A stretch of DNA of 64,000 bases from an uncultured delta proteobacterium. Lineage in GTDB: Bacteria; Myxococcota_A; Polyangia; Fen-1088. Every line of letters begins with the position of its first letter. Positions within the stretch are counted from its first letter, which is position 1. This document shows positions 18,288-27,449 of this stretch, piece after piece. Both the position numbers and the translations under genes were made by a program. The stretch covers positions 96,001 through 160,000 of the forward strand of contig CAVWIP010000002.1 in NCBI GenBank assembly GCA_963755125.1, read 5' to 3'. The notes beneath the pieces were generated by a model. That model searched no databases. It was not told the origin of the DNA and saw only the letters and a program-made list of their open reading frames with translations.

Positions 18288-19667
18288 CTATGGACTGGTC
18301 GCCGTAAAGTTACCGAAGAGAACCCACTGTGGGTAGAAGGTATTGGACTGTCTGTACGGCTGAGTGAAATTGGCCGGCTGCGGTGACATGCCAGTCAGAT
18401 CGATCGTGCGCGGACTGGCGCAAGTGGTTTGTCGGTCGGGACCCCCGCAGTTCTGCTGTGCCAAACAATTCGAGTCATGCAGGGTTAGGGTGATGGTTCC
18501 CCCGCCGGTAACCTTGAAACTGGCTGTGTACTTCATGGGGAAGGTTTCGTGCGCCTCGCAATAGGTGTCCAATCCGTATGTAATCGGTGGGTAAGGGAAC
18601 GCGTTCATGAAATAGACATCCTCGCCCGTGACCAGGGGATTAGCGGCACCTGACCCCGGCACAGCAGGACTGACGTGGATTTCGTAGGTGTTCCACTTGC
18701 TCGGGGCCACCGGCTGGCCGCCCACATACCAACCGTCATTGTTGACCTCGGGATTGGAACTCAACGCGGCGACTTGCGGTGTCCCGCCGGTGTAACATCT
18801 GGTGCCCAGAACGCCGCGCGCCTCGAAGTTGATTGTGTATTGGGTTCCTGCCGTTCCACCCACGGTGAACGGGACACTTCGGAATAGCCCTTGCGTGCTG
18901 TAGTCAGTTGAGGTGGCGTTCGGGCATATGGTGCTGTTGTCCGGGAGCAGTGGGCAATCAAGCCCAGATGGGCTTCCGTTTGAACATGTTCCGATCCACA
19001 TGTATCCAACCAAGTCGGGGACGACGGTGGTCGGGTCGACTGTTGTCCCGCCGCCTGCGCCACCCGTGTTGGTCGTGGTCCCGCCCGTGGTGGTTGTGGT
19101 CCCGCCCGTCTTGGTCGAGCCGCCGGCAGTGGTCGTCCCGCCCGTCTTGGTTGTGCCGCCTGCACTGGTCGTTCCGCCCGCAGTGGTCGAGCCGCCCGTC
19201 TTGGTCGAGCCGCCCGCGCTGCTGGCTGGGCTGGTCGAGCCGCCCGCGCTGCTGGCTGGGCTGGTCGTGCCAGCCACGCCTCCGCCGGTCGGGGTGGAGC
19301 CGCCCGCCCTCGAAGTGCCGCCTGCGCTGGTCGAACCGCCAGGGCTGCTCGTGCTGGCCGGGCTGGTTGCGCCGCCTGGGCTGCTCGTGCTCGCTGGACT
19401 GGTCGAGCCGCCAGGGCCGCTCGTGCTGGCCGGGCTGGTCGCGCCACCCGTGACAGGACTGCTACTGGTTTCTGTGGAGCCGCCGGATCCTATGGCGGTG
19501 GTCCCACCGGAGTTGACGGGTTGGGTGGACCCGCCTCCACTGGTCGAGCCGCCCGTGACCACGGCACCACCTCCAGGCGCACTGCTCCCCGTGTTCGCGG
19601 GGGAACACGACGCCGCGTAGAGCGCTAAGCCGGCGACACAAAGCATACGGAAAGTGGTTCGGGTCAT
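18288..19667 (-). CDS. Lipoprotein with long Gly/Ser/Thr/Pro linker and Cys-containing C-terminal beta-rich domain of unknown function
   Basis: GAGGAGG RBS; lipobox AASC; repeats GG(S/A)TSPASTSSP and GG(S/T)T(K/T)(T/A); ~245 aa globular C-terminus. Confidence 0.75.
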   Translation of the reverse strand: MTRTTFRMLCVAGLALYAASCSPANTGSSAPGGGAVVTGGSTSGGGSTQPVNSGGTTAIGSGGSTETSSSPVTGGATSPASTSGPGGSTSPASTSSPGGATSPASTSSPGGSTSAGGTSRAGGSTPTGGGVAGTTSPASSAGGSTSPASSAGGSTKTGGSTTAGGTTSAGGTTKTGGTTTAGGSTKTGGTTTTTGGTTTNTGGAGGGTTVDPTTVVPDLVGYMWIGTCSNGSPSGLDCPLLPDNSTICPNATSTDYSTQGLFRSVPFTVGGTAGTQYTINFEARGVLGTRCYTGGTPQVAALSSNPEVNNDGWYVGGQPVAPSKWNTYEIHVSPAVPGSGAANPLVTGEDVYFMNAFPYPPITYGLDTYCEAHETFPMKYTASFKVTGGGTITLTLHDSNCLAQQNCGGPDRQTTCASPRTIDLTGMSPQPANFTQPYRQSNTFYPQWVLFGNFTATSP

Positions 19668-19959
19668 TTAATGCCTCCTCGGAAACATTGTTCGAGCTTC
19701 GCCGGGTCGAGATCCATGCGACGCCTATTCTCTGCTATGGCTAGTACCAACATACAACGGGCCTCCGATCGGGAGACCGCGGGCATTATACCTCAGAGCC
19801 CTTCCTGATAGTTCGGCTTTTTGCCGAGGCGCGCGGCGATCTTGCGTGGCATGGCTGGGCAGAAGGGCTCAGCGAAAAACAACTGGGCACGTCGATTTTG
19901 AGTACTCGTCGCGACATGTCAGTGTCCGCGGGCGGCCGGTGCAGGGGGTGCGGTGCCGT

Positions 19960-19975
19960 TGCAATGCGAGTACCA
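19960..19975 (-). promoter_or_regulatory. Putative sigma-54 promoter (-24/-12)
   Basis: Minus strand TGGTACTCGCATTGCA has correct GG-N10-GC spacing and faces the lipoprotein-porin cluster. Confidence 0.4.
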
Positions 19976-20074
19976 TAGTACGGCACTGGGTGCTGTCATG
20001 TGGCCATTTCCGCTGGGAGCGTTCACGTCTGATCTCGGGTCGCGGCCAGTCTCGTGTTCCATGAGGATGGCACG

Positions 20075-22684
20075 ATGCCGAGTCCGCTGACCATCCTGCT
20101 CATAGCGATCGCGGGGGTCTTTTGCCTCAACGGGTTGACCTACGTGCTGTCGCTGGCGGGCCAGCGGAAGGATCCGCTCAAGGCCCTCTTCGGCATTCTG
20201 TGCCTGCTGGGCAGCGGCTACGCCTTGGCATGCCTGGCGGAGTACCGCGCGGTCAACGTGGCTGCGTGCCTGCGCGCGGCGAAGTGGCAGAGCGTTTTCT
20301 CGTGCTCGATCCTGATGGTGGTGCCCTGGTTCGTTGGCCTCTATTCCAATTTTCGGCCCAGGCGGTTTCTTGTCGCTCTGTCCACTGCTTTCTTCATTCT
20401 TGGGACCGCAGACCTTCTCTCGGATCACGGGATTGTTTACTCGGAGATCACCGGGGTGGTCCACCACGAAACACCCTGGGGGGAAGAGCTTGCCGCGCTC
20501 GCCGGCAAGGTTTCGTCGGTCGCCTACCTGGCGTACGCGATCGATCTGGTTACCATAGGGTTCTGTGCCCTGTGCGGCGTGCGGCTGCTGCGGCGCGGGG
20601 ATCGGAGCCGGGCATGGCGCCTGCTGGGTCTGGTGGGCTTCGCGGCCGTGACTTTTGTTAACGACACCTTTCTCGATGCGGGCCGGATCCGCAGCATGTA
20701 CCTGGAGGAGTACGTGATCTTCGCGTTCCTCGTGGTCATCGGCACCTGGCTGGGCGCCCGCCGCATGCGCGCCGAGGGAAACTACCAGACTCTCTTTCAC
20801 GCCGTGAGCGACGCCATCACGGTCCACGACGCCCGCACCGGCCAGGTTCTCGACGCCAATGAAAGCGCAGCCCGCCTGTATCGCACGACCCGCGCCGATC
20901 TGCTGGCCGGCGATCCGGGCCGGCTGGCCGCAGGTGTGGCTCCCTACTTGCCCGCGGCGGCCGTCCATCGAATTCGCCGCGCTGCCAGCGAAGGTCCCGC
21001 GACCTTCGAGTGGTTCAGCCGGCACGTCGACGATGGCTCCCTGTTCTGGACCGAGGTGGCGCTGCGCTCGGAGGTGATCGACGGGCGCCCGGTGGTTCTC
21101 GCCGCTGCGCGCGACATCAGCGCGCGCAAGCGGGCCCAGGACGCCTTGCGAGACAGCGAATCCCGCTACCGCGCCATGGTGGAAAGTTTCGACGGGCTGA
21201 TCTACATCTGCTCGGCCGACCGCAAGATCGAGTTCATGAACGCCAATTCGATCGAGCGCACGGGACGCAACGCCATCGGCGAGTCCTGCCACAAGGTGGT
21301 GCACGGCCGCGACGAGCCGTGTCCCTGGTGCGCAAGCGATCGGGTGCAGCAGGGCGAGACCGTGCGCTGGCAGATGCAAAGTCCGAAAGACAACCGCTGG
21401 TACGACGTGGTCAACACGCCCATCCAGCGCGCCGACGGAAGCATTTCCAAGCAGGGGATGCTCACCGACATCACCGAGCAGAAGAAAGCCGAGGAAGACC
21501 AGCGCCGGCTCGAGACACAGATGCAGCAGATGCAGAAGCTGGAGAGCCTGGGGTTGCTGGCCGGCGGGGTGGCGCACGACTTCAACAACCTGCTCACCGC
21601 GGTGCTGGGTAACACCGAACTGGCGCTCAAGGATCTACCCGCCTCGGCCCCGTCGCGAGAGCCCCTGGGCGAGATCCGCACCATCGCCTGCCGGGCTGCG
21701 GACTTGTGCCGGCAGCTCTTGGCCTATTCGGGTGGTGGAGGCTTCTTGAACGAACCGATCGCGCCCCGCCGCATCGTCGAGGAGATCTCCCGCATCCTGG
21801 AGGTGTCGGTGGCGGCCAAGGTGCGCCTGGTCTTCCGCTTCGCCGAGGATGTGCCCCTGATCGCGGGTGATCCGACCCAGATCCGGCAGGTGGTGATGAA
21901 CCTGATCACCAATGCCTCCGAGGCCATCGGCGACCACGAGGGCGCGATCACGCTTAGCCTGAGCAAACGTCAGATCGAGCGCGGCGTCTTGCGCGACTTC
22001 GTGCCCCATGCCGACCTGCCCGAGGGAAGCTATGTCGAGCTGACGGTGACCGATACTGGCTGTGGCATGGACGAGGCCACGCGCGGCCGCGTGTTCGAGC
22101 CGTTCTTCTCCACCAAGTTCACCGGGCGCGGGCTGGGCATGGCGGCAGTGCTGGGCATCGTGCGCGGTCACAAGGGCGCCATCCACATCGCGAGCGAGCC
22201 AGGCAAGGGCACGACCGTGACGGTGCTTTTGCCCGCGGCTGCTCCGGAAGTCAGCCTTGCCGTCGAGAGAACCCCGAGCGGCCCCACGGCACGAACCGCG
22301 AATGCCGCGGTGCTGGTGGTGGACGACAATGCGCGCGTGCTGCAGGCGGTTTCACAACTGGTCGAGGCGCTGGGCTACCCCGTGATGACCGCTGCCAGTG
22401 GCCAGGAAGCGCTGCGCGTGTTTGGCGAGCATCACCCGCACATCGGGTGCGTGCTGCTCGACCTCACCATGCCCGACATGGACGGGCTGGAAACCATGCA
22501 GGCTCTGCGCGCCCTCGACCCCAAGGCCACGATTGTGCTGTCGAGCGGATACAGCGAGCAGTCGGTGCGGCGTCGCGTAGGTGCGGACGGACCTACCCAC
22601 TTCCTGCAGAAGCCGTTTGTCGAAGACGATCTCAAGGCCGTGATCGAGTCAGCCCTGCGCACCAGCGGCGGCGGGAGCGGATGA
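20075..22684 (+). CDS. Membrane-bound PAS-PAS hybrid sensor histidine kinase/response regulator
   Basis: N-terminal TM helices, two PAS domains, AHDFNNLL H-box, NLITNA, DTGCGM, FSTK..GRGLG, receiver VVDD...LLDLTMP...KP. Confidence 0.93.
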   Translation: MPSPLTILLIAIAGVFCLNGLTYVLSLAGQRKDPLKALFGILCLLGSGYALACLAEYRAVNVAACLRAAKWQSVFSCSILMVVPWFVGLYSNFRPRRFLVALSTAFFILGTADLLSDHGIVYSEITGVVHHETPWGEELAALAGKVSSVAYLAYAIDLVTIGFCALCGVRLLRRGDRSRAWRLLGLVGFAAVTFVNDTFLDAGRIRSMYLEEYVIFAFLVVIGTWLGARRMRAEGNYQTLFHAVSDAITVHDARTGQVLDANESAARLYRTTRADLLAGDPGRLAAGVAPYLPAAAVHRIRRAASEGPATFEWFSRHVDDGSLFWTEVALRSEVIDGRPVVLAAARDISARKRAQDALRDSESRYRAMVESFDGLIYICSADRKIEFMNANSIERTGRNAIGESCHKVVHGRDEPCPWCASDRVQQGETVRWQMQSPKDNRWYDVVNTPIQRADGSISKQGMLTDITEQKKAEEDQRRLETQMQQMQKLESLGLLAGGVAHDFNNLLTAVLGNTELALKDLPASAPSREPLGEIRTIACRAADLCRQLLAYSGGGGFLNEPIAPRRIVEEISRILEVSVAAKVRLVFRFAEDVPLIAGDPTQIRQVVMNLITNASEAIGDHEGAITLSLSKRQIERGVLRDFVPHADLPEGSYVELTVTDTGCGMDEATRGRVFEPFFSTKFTGRGLGMAAVLGIVRGHKGAIHIASEPGKGTTVTVLLPAAAPEVSLAVERTPSGPTARTANAAVLVVDDNARVLQAVSQLVEALGYPVMTAASGQEALRVFGEHHPHIGCVLLDLTMPDMDGLETMQALRALDPKATIVLSSGYSEQSVRRRVGADGPTHFLQKPFVEDDLKAVIESALRTSGGGSG

Positions 22685-22708
22685 CGTGATAACAGTGAAA
22701 TACTCCAC

Positions 22709-24100
22709 GTGACGGCCGCGCGCCCCCCTTCTGTCCTGGTAATCGGTCTCGACTGTCTCGCCCCGGATCTGGTCTTCCATCGCTACCGCGAGCAGTTGCC
22801 GACCTTCGCTGCGCTCATGCAGCAGGGAGCCTGGGGTCCGCTGCGCAGCGCGGATCCGCCTATCACGATTCCGGCGTGGACCTGCATGATGACCGGGGTG
22901 CCAGCCTCGCGCCTGGGACTGTATGGGTTTCGCCATCGACGATTGGGCAGCTACGGGGACAAATACCTGGCCAATGCCACACACGTGCGCGTGCCGCGGG
23001 TGTGGGACGTGCTTTCGCGCGCGGGCCATTCGGTGGGCGTGCTTGGCACTCCCCAGACCTGGCCGCCCGCGCCGGTCAATGGATTCCTGGTCAGCGACGC
23101 GCCCACGGCCGGGAGCAACGCTTTCACTTTTCCCGCCGAATTGGAACCCGAGATCGAGCGCGCCGTGGGCCACTATCAATTCGACGTGGAGGGATTCCGC
23201 ATGGCGGATCCGGATCGAGTGCTTCACGCCATCAGCGGCATCACCCGCCAGCGGTTCGATCTATTTCGCGCGCTCTGCACTTCGCGCGGGGGCGACTTTT
23301 TGATGATGGTGGACATGGGGCCGGATCGCGTGCACCACCTCTTCTATCGTCATTGCGATCCGGCCCATCCACGCCACCGGCCCGGTCACCGCCACCGGGA
23401 CGCTGTGCTTGACTACTATCGGCTGCTCGATGCCGAGCTGGCGCGCACGCTGCAGCTCGCGCCTGCCGACTGCCACGTGCTGGTGGTTTCCGACCACGGC
23501 GCCCAGCCCATGCTGGGCGGGTTCTGCCTCAACGACTGGCTGATCGCGCGCGGCTGGCTGCGGCTCAAGAATCCCGCTTCGTCGGTGCGCGACTTTCACG
23601 AGGGCCTGGTCGACTGGCCCCAGACGCGCGCCTGGGCCTGGGGCGGGCACTGTGGCCGCATCTTCCTCAATCTGCGCGGGCGCGAGCCCGAGGGCACGGT
23701 GGCGCCTGACCAGGCAAGCGTCTTGTTGCAAGAGATCGCGCGGGCCTTGGAGGCAGAGCAGGATTCCAGCGGCCGTCCCATGGGCAACCGCGTGCTGCGC
23801 ATGGGCGGGCCAGAGCTGCCCGACCCGACCGGGGATCACCCCGAGCTTCTCGTCTACCTGGGCGAGATGCGCTGGCGTGCCCTTGGATCGATTGGGCACG
23901 CCGGCTTCTTTCAACAGGACAACGACACGGGTGCCGACGATGCCAGCCATCACCCGATGGGCGTGTTCATCCATCGCGGGCCCGGCCGGCCGCAGGGCTA
24001 CCGCGCGGACCTGCGCATTCTCGACATCGCCCCGACCATCCTGTCGTGGTTCAATCTGTCGCCCGTCGATGGCTGCGACGGCCGCGTGCTGGATTTGTGA
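22709..24100 (+). CDS. Alkaline phosphatase superfamily (type I phosphodiesterase/nucleotide pyrophosphatase) protein
   Basis: VIGLDC, PPITIPAWTCMMTG, DRVHH, VSDHG, DDASH, DIAPTIL. Confidence 0.88.
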   Translation: MTAARPPSVLVIGLDCLAPDLVFHRYREQLPTFAALMQQGAWGPLRSADPPITIPAWTCMMTGVPASRLGLYGFRHRRLGSYGDKYLANATHVRVPRVWDVLSRAGHSVGVLGTPQTWPPAPVNGFLVSDAPTAGSNAFTFPAELEPEIERAVGHYQFDVEGFRMADPDRVLHAISGITRQRFDLFRALCTSRGGDFLMMVDMGPDRVHHLFYRHCDPAHPRHRPGHRHRDAVLDYYRLLDAELARTLQLAPADCHVLVVSDHGAQPMLGGFCLNDWLIARGWLRLKNPASSVRDFHEGLVDWPQTRAWAWGGHCGRIFLNLRGREPEGTVAPDQASVLLQEIARALEAEQDSSGRPMGNRVLRMGGPELPDPTGDHPELLVYLGEMRWRALGSIGHAGFFQQDNDTGADDASHHPMGVFIHRGPGRPQGYRADLRILDIAPTILSWFNLSPVDGCDGRVLDL

Positions 24101-25318
24101 TCAATCGATGTAGCCGAGGGCACGCAATCGCGCATCGGCTCCGTCCTCGGTCACGCAAAACGCGCGGGCCTGCTCTTGTTCCAGAGTCTGCCATCCCTGG
24201 TCCGGCTCGCCCAAGCCGCGCGGCAGGGGATGCTGTTCACCGGGATCCGCCTGCAAGTCGAAGACGCGCATGGCACCCGGCTGCCACAGGTACTTCCAGC
24301 GTCGGCCGCGCAGGGCAAAAGCCGTCCACAGTTCGGCGGGGGAGCGCGGCGCCGGCCGGGGCGTGGAAAGAAAATCGTCGGAGGCAAAGGCCTGAGTTTC
24401 TTCTGCGGCCAGCGGCGTTCCTTGCCTGAAGGCTGAAGCCAAGGAGACGCCGTCGGCATCGGAAGCAAGGGCGTCCCTCGCGCCCAGGATTTCGGCAAGC
24501 GTCGGTGCCAGGTCAACTGTGCGGGCCAGGCCATCCACACAACCGCGGTGCAACCAGGCCGGTCCCCAGGCCAGCAGAGGCACCCGCAACGACTCGTCGT
24601 AGAGTGCATTGCCGTGCAGATCGAAGACCGTCTCGGGCGGGCGGCCCTGGCGCTCGCCCCAGGTCTCGCCGTGGTCTGCGGTCACCACCACGAGAAACCC
24701 GTCGCTGGCGTGGCAGGCGATGGCGTCAGCCAGCCGTGGCAGGAACAGTTCGCTGAAGCGCTCGACCGCGCGCTGATAGAGCGCGCGTAGCTTGGGCAGC
24801 ACCACCGCGGGGTTTTTGCGTCCGGCCGCGAGTATCTGCGAGCAGATGTCACCCCACGCGCCGACGCTCAGCGGCCGATCGAGGTAAGGAAGATGGGTGC
24901 CCCAGTAGTGCACGAAGGTCAGCAGATTCCGCTCGTGCGTGTTGCGCAGAAAACTGCAGACGGCGTCGAAGTCCTGCGACGAGCCCAGCACGTTGGCCTC
25001 GGGAACCGCGGAGAACAGGTAGCGCGGATGAAACACGAAACTGGCCACCCGCGCGCCGGCCTGTGCCGCGGCCGAAAACACCGTCGGAAAACGCGCAAGG
25101 ATGGGATGTTCCCAGCGGAACACGCCCAGCCGGTGCGGGTACACGCCGGTGACCAGCGCCGCCATCGAGGGCACGGTCCAGGGCGCCGAGGTGAAGACGG
25201 AGCAGAAGCTGGTGCCTTCGGCGGCCATGCGATCGAGAAATGGCGTCGCGCACGGGCCGCCGGCGTGGCCGAGGACATCGGCGCGCAATGAGTCCGCCAC
25301 CACCACCACGATTCTCAC
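24101..25318 (-). CDS. Sulfatase-like hydrolase/transferase
   Basis: Start GTG 25318 overlapping the upstream stop (GTGA); VADSLRAD, SAPWTVPSMAALVTG (Thr at the nucleophile position, no CxPxR), HYWGTHLPY, TADHGE, DLAPT, DPGE, LRALGY. Confidence 0.85.
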   Translation of the reverse strand: MRIVVVVADSLRADVLGHAGGPCATPFLDRMAAEGTSFCSVFTSAPWTVPSMAALVTGVYPHRLGVFRWEHPILARFPTVFSAAAQAGARVASFVFHPRYLFSAVPEANVLGSSQDFDAVCSFLRNTHERNLLTFVHYWGTHLPYLDRPLSVGAWGDICSQILAAGRKNPAVVLPKLRALYQRAVERFSELFLPRLADAIACHASDGFLVVVTADHGETWGERQGRPPETVFDLHGNALYDESLRVPLLAWGPAWLHRGCVDGLARTVDLAPTLAEILGARDALASDADGVSLASAFRQGTPLAAEETQAFASDDFLSTPRPAPRSPAELWTAFALRGRRWKYLWQPGAMRVFDLQADPGEQHPLPRGLGEPDQGWQTLEQEQARAFCVTEDGADARLRALGYID

Positions 25319-26358
25319 GGGGGGCCTGCTTCCTCCTGCGCGGCGATTCGCGCGCAGTATGGATTTTCGCCCAGACCGCGGCCGGCCGCGTGGGCCAGGG
25401 TCTTGCAGCCCCCGCGGCACAGGCGCACAAAGCCGCAGTCACGACAGGGGCCGGTGGCTTCTTCAGGTGCAAAGTGCCGGTTGTAGGCGAATCCATTTTC
25501 GTCTTGCCAGATCGCGCGCAGGGATCGCTGCCGCAGATTGCCCTCGTCGAATGCCGGCGGCATCGACAGGCAACCGCGAACCGTTCCGTCGCTGGTCAGT
25601 CCCATCACGCGCAGGCCCGCCTGGCAGCCGCGGAAGGCGCGGTCGGTGGGCCGCACCACCGAGCGCAGCGCGGGCTCGCAAGGCAGCATCCACCCGATGT
25701 TGTCGGCGCCGTAGCGAGGCAGTCGGTCGGGGCGCGAGTGGTCGGTGATGAAATCGATCACGCGACGGACCTGCGACGGCTCGATGGCCAGGTCACGACC
25801 GCAGCGACCGATGGGCATGGTGAGCTGGAGCTGCCAGGCGCCGAAGCCGCCCTCGCGCAGAGCCGACTCGATGGCGGGCAAGAGATCGAGGTTGGGCCGG
25901 CAAACCTGGGTCACTGCGCCCACGCGGATGCCCTCGGCGCGCAGCACCCGCGCGGCAGCCATGACCCGGCCGAAGGCGCCAGGGACGCCGCGCAGTCGAT
26001 CGTGCACCGGCGCATCGCCGTCCACGCTGAGGCTGACGCTGCGGATTCCGGACTGCGCGATGCGAGCGGCTTTTGTCGCGTCCAGCCCCAGGCCATTCGA
26101 GATCATCTCGACCACCAGGCCGTGGCCGCGCAGGGCCGAAACGATTTCTGGCCAGTCGGCGCGCAGGAGCGGCTCGCCGCCCGACAAAGTCACCTCGCGC
26201 ACGCCCAGTTCCGCCATGGCCGCGCAGGCAGCGAGAGCCTCGTCGGTGGAAAGTTCGTCGGGCCGCGCCGGGCCAGCCCAGGAGCCACAGTGCACGCAGG
26301 CCGCGTTGCAGGCCAGGGTCACTTCCCATACGCAGATCCGTGGCGCGGACGGGACCAT
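25315..26358 (-). CDS. Radical SAM/SPASM maturase, PlpX/splicease-like (enzyme 2)
   Basis: Start MVPSAPR at 26358 (TGATG overlap); VWEVTLACNAACVHCGSWAG, GGEP, WQLQLTMPIGR, GCQAG, GCLSMP, CRDCGFVRLCRGGC, ENPYC. Confidence 0.88.
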   Translation of the reverse strand: MVPSAPRICVWEVTLACNAACVHCGSWAGPARPDELSTDEALAACAAMAELGVREVTLSGGEPLLRADWPEIVSALRGHGLVVEMISNGLGLDATKAARIAQSGIRSVSLSVDGDAPVHDRLRGVPGAFGRVMAAARVLRAEGIRVGAVTQVCRPNLDLLPAIESALREGGFGAWQLQLTMPIGRCGRDLAIEPSQVRRVIDFITDHSRPDRLPRYGADNIGWMLPCEPALRSVVRPTDRAFRGCQAGLRVMGLTSDGTVRGCLSMPPAFDEGNLRQRSLRAIWQDENGFAYNRHFAPEEATGPCRDCGFVRLCRGGCKTLAHAAGRGLGENPYCARIAAQEEAGPP

Positions 26359-27428
26359 CACGCCGGTGCCTTCATGTTGAGGACCCGGTGCAGGCAGTAG
26401 GGGTTCTCGTGGATGGATCCGGTCACCGAGTAGGCGAGACAGGTGCAGCCGGCTCGACACACGCGGCGATAGGGGCAGGCCGCGCACGCGCCGGTCAGGC
26501 TGCTCTCTTGCCAATCGGTGTTGTAGGCGAAGCGCGATTCGTCGGCCCAGATTTCGGCCAGGGGCCGCTGGCGCAAATTGCCGGCGGTAAATTCCCGCGG
26601 CAGGCACGAGCAACCCTTGACGTCGCCGTTGCTCTCGATGCCCAGGGTGAGCACGCCGGCGTAGCAGCCGGTCCACACCCCGTTGCTTCCGCGCAGGACA
26701 GGTTCACAGGACGTGTAGTAGCCGATGGTGTCGGTGACTCGGATGAGCGGGCGCGGGCTCGACTGGATGAGCTGGGCAAGGTGCTCGGCCAGCGCCGGAA
26801 GCTGCGTCGGCTGGATCATGTAGGGAGTCTCGATCTCGCGCAGTCGGCCGAGCGGCAGCCCGAGTTGCACCTGCCACATATCGGCGTCCAGTTCGCGCAA
26901 GAGCGCGTGCACTCCGGCCAGTTCCTCGAAATTCCAGCGGCTGACGTGGGTGATGACCGCGAGCGCCAGCTTGGCTCGCTTGACTTGCCGGGCGGCCGAG
27001 ACCACGGCATCAAACGCCGAGTCGCCGCCGCGCCAGACGCGCACGCGGTCGTGCGTGGCGCGCAGTCCGTCGAGCGAAAGCGCGAAGCCCGTGACACCGT
27101 GGTCGGCCGCGCGGCTCACCAGATCAGCGTCCACCAGCGAGCCGTTGCTGATCAGGCTCACGCGGATCTTTCGCGCGGCCAGGCGCTGGCAGATCTGCGG
27201 CCAGTCCTTGCGCAAGAGAGGCTCGCCGCCCGAGACGTTGCACTGCTCGCATCCGATCTCCGCGAGGGCGTCGCACACCGACAGGGCCTCGTCAGGGGAA
27301 AGCTCGTCGCCGCGCCGGGCGCCTGCGGACAGCTCACAGTGCAGGCAGCGGAAGTTGCAGGCCGTCGTGATCTCCCAGATCACGATGCGCGGAAACCGCC
27401 GGATGGCCCGCAGGGCGATGGGCCTCAT
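26358..27428 (-). CDS. Radical SAM/SPASM maturase, PlpX/splicease-like (enzyme 1)
   Basis: IWEITTACNFRCLHC, GGEP, WQVQLGLPLGR, IGYY, WTGCYAG..LGIESNGDVKGC, CAACPYRRVCRAGC, ENPYCLHR. Confidence 0.9.
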   Translation of the reverse strand: MRPIALRAIRRFPRIVIWEITTACNFRCLHCELSAGARRGDELSPDEALSVCDALAEIGCEQCNVSGGEPLLRKDWPQICQRLAARKIRVSLISNGSLVDADLVSRAADHGVTGFALSLDGLRATHDRVRVWRGGDSAFDAVVSAARQVKRAKLALAVITHVSRWNFEELAGVHALLRELDADMWQVQLGLPLGRLREIETPYMIQPTQLPALAEHLAQLIQSSPRPLIRVTDTIGYYTSCEPVLRGSNGVWTGCYAGVLTLGIESNGDVKGCSCLPREFTAGNLRQRPLAEIWADESRFAYNTDWQESSLTGACAACPYRRVCRAGCTCLAYSVTGSIHENPYCLHRVLNMKAPA

Positions 27429-27449
27429 CGAGCGATCACCGGCCGGGCC

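Noticed and set aside
19020..19580. Tandem DNA repeats in 18288-19667 and 57290-57670 as non-coding arrays
   Set aside because: They are in-frame low-complexity linkers of lipoproteins.
24101..27428. rSAMs as anaerobic sulfatase maturases for the adjacent sulfatase
   Set aside because: The sulfatase-like protein lacks the C/S-x-P-x-R motif, and the rSAM motifs fit the PlpX-like clade better.
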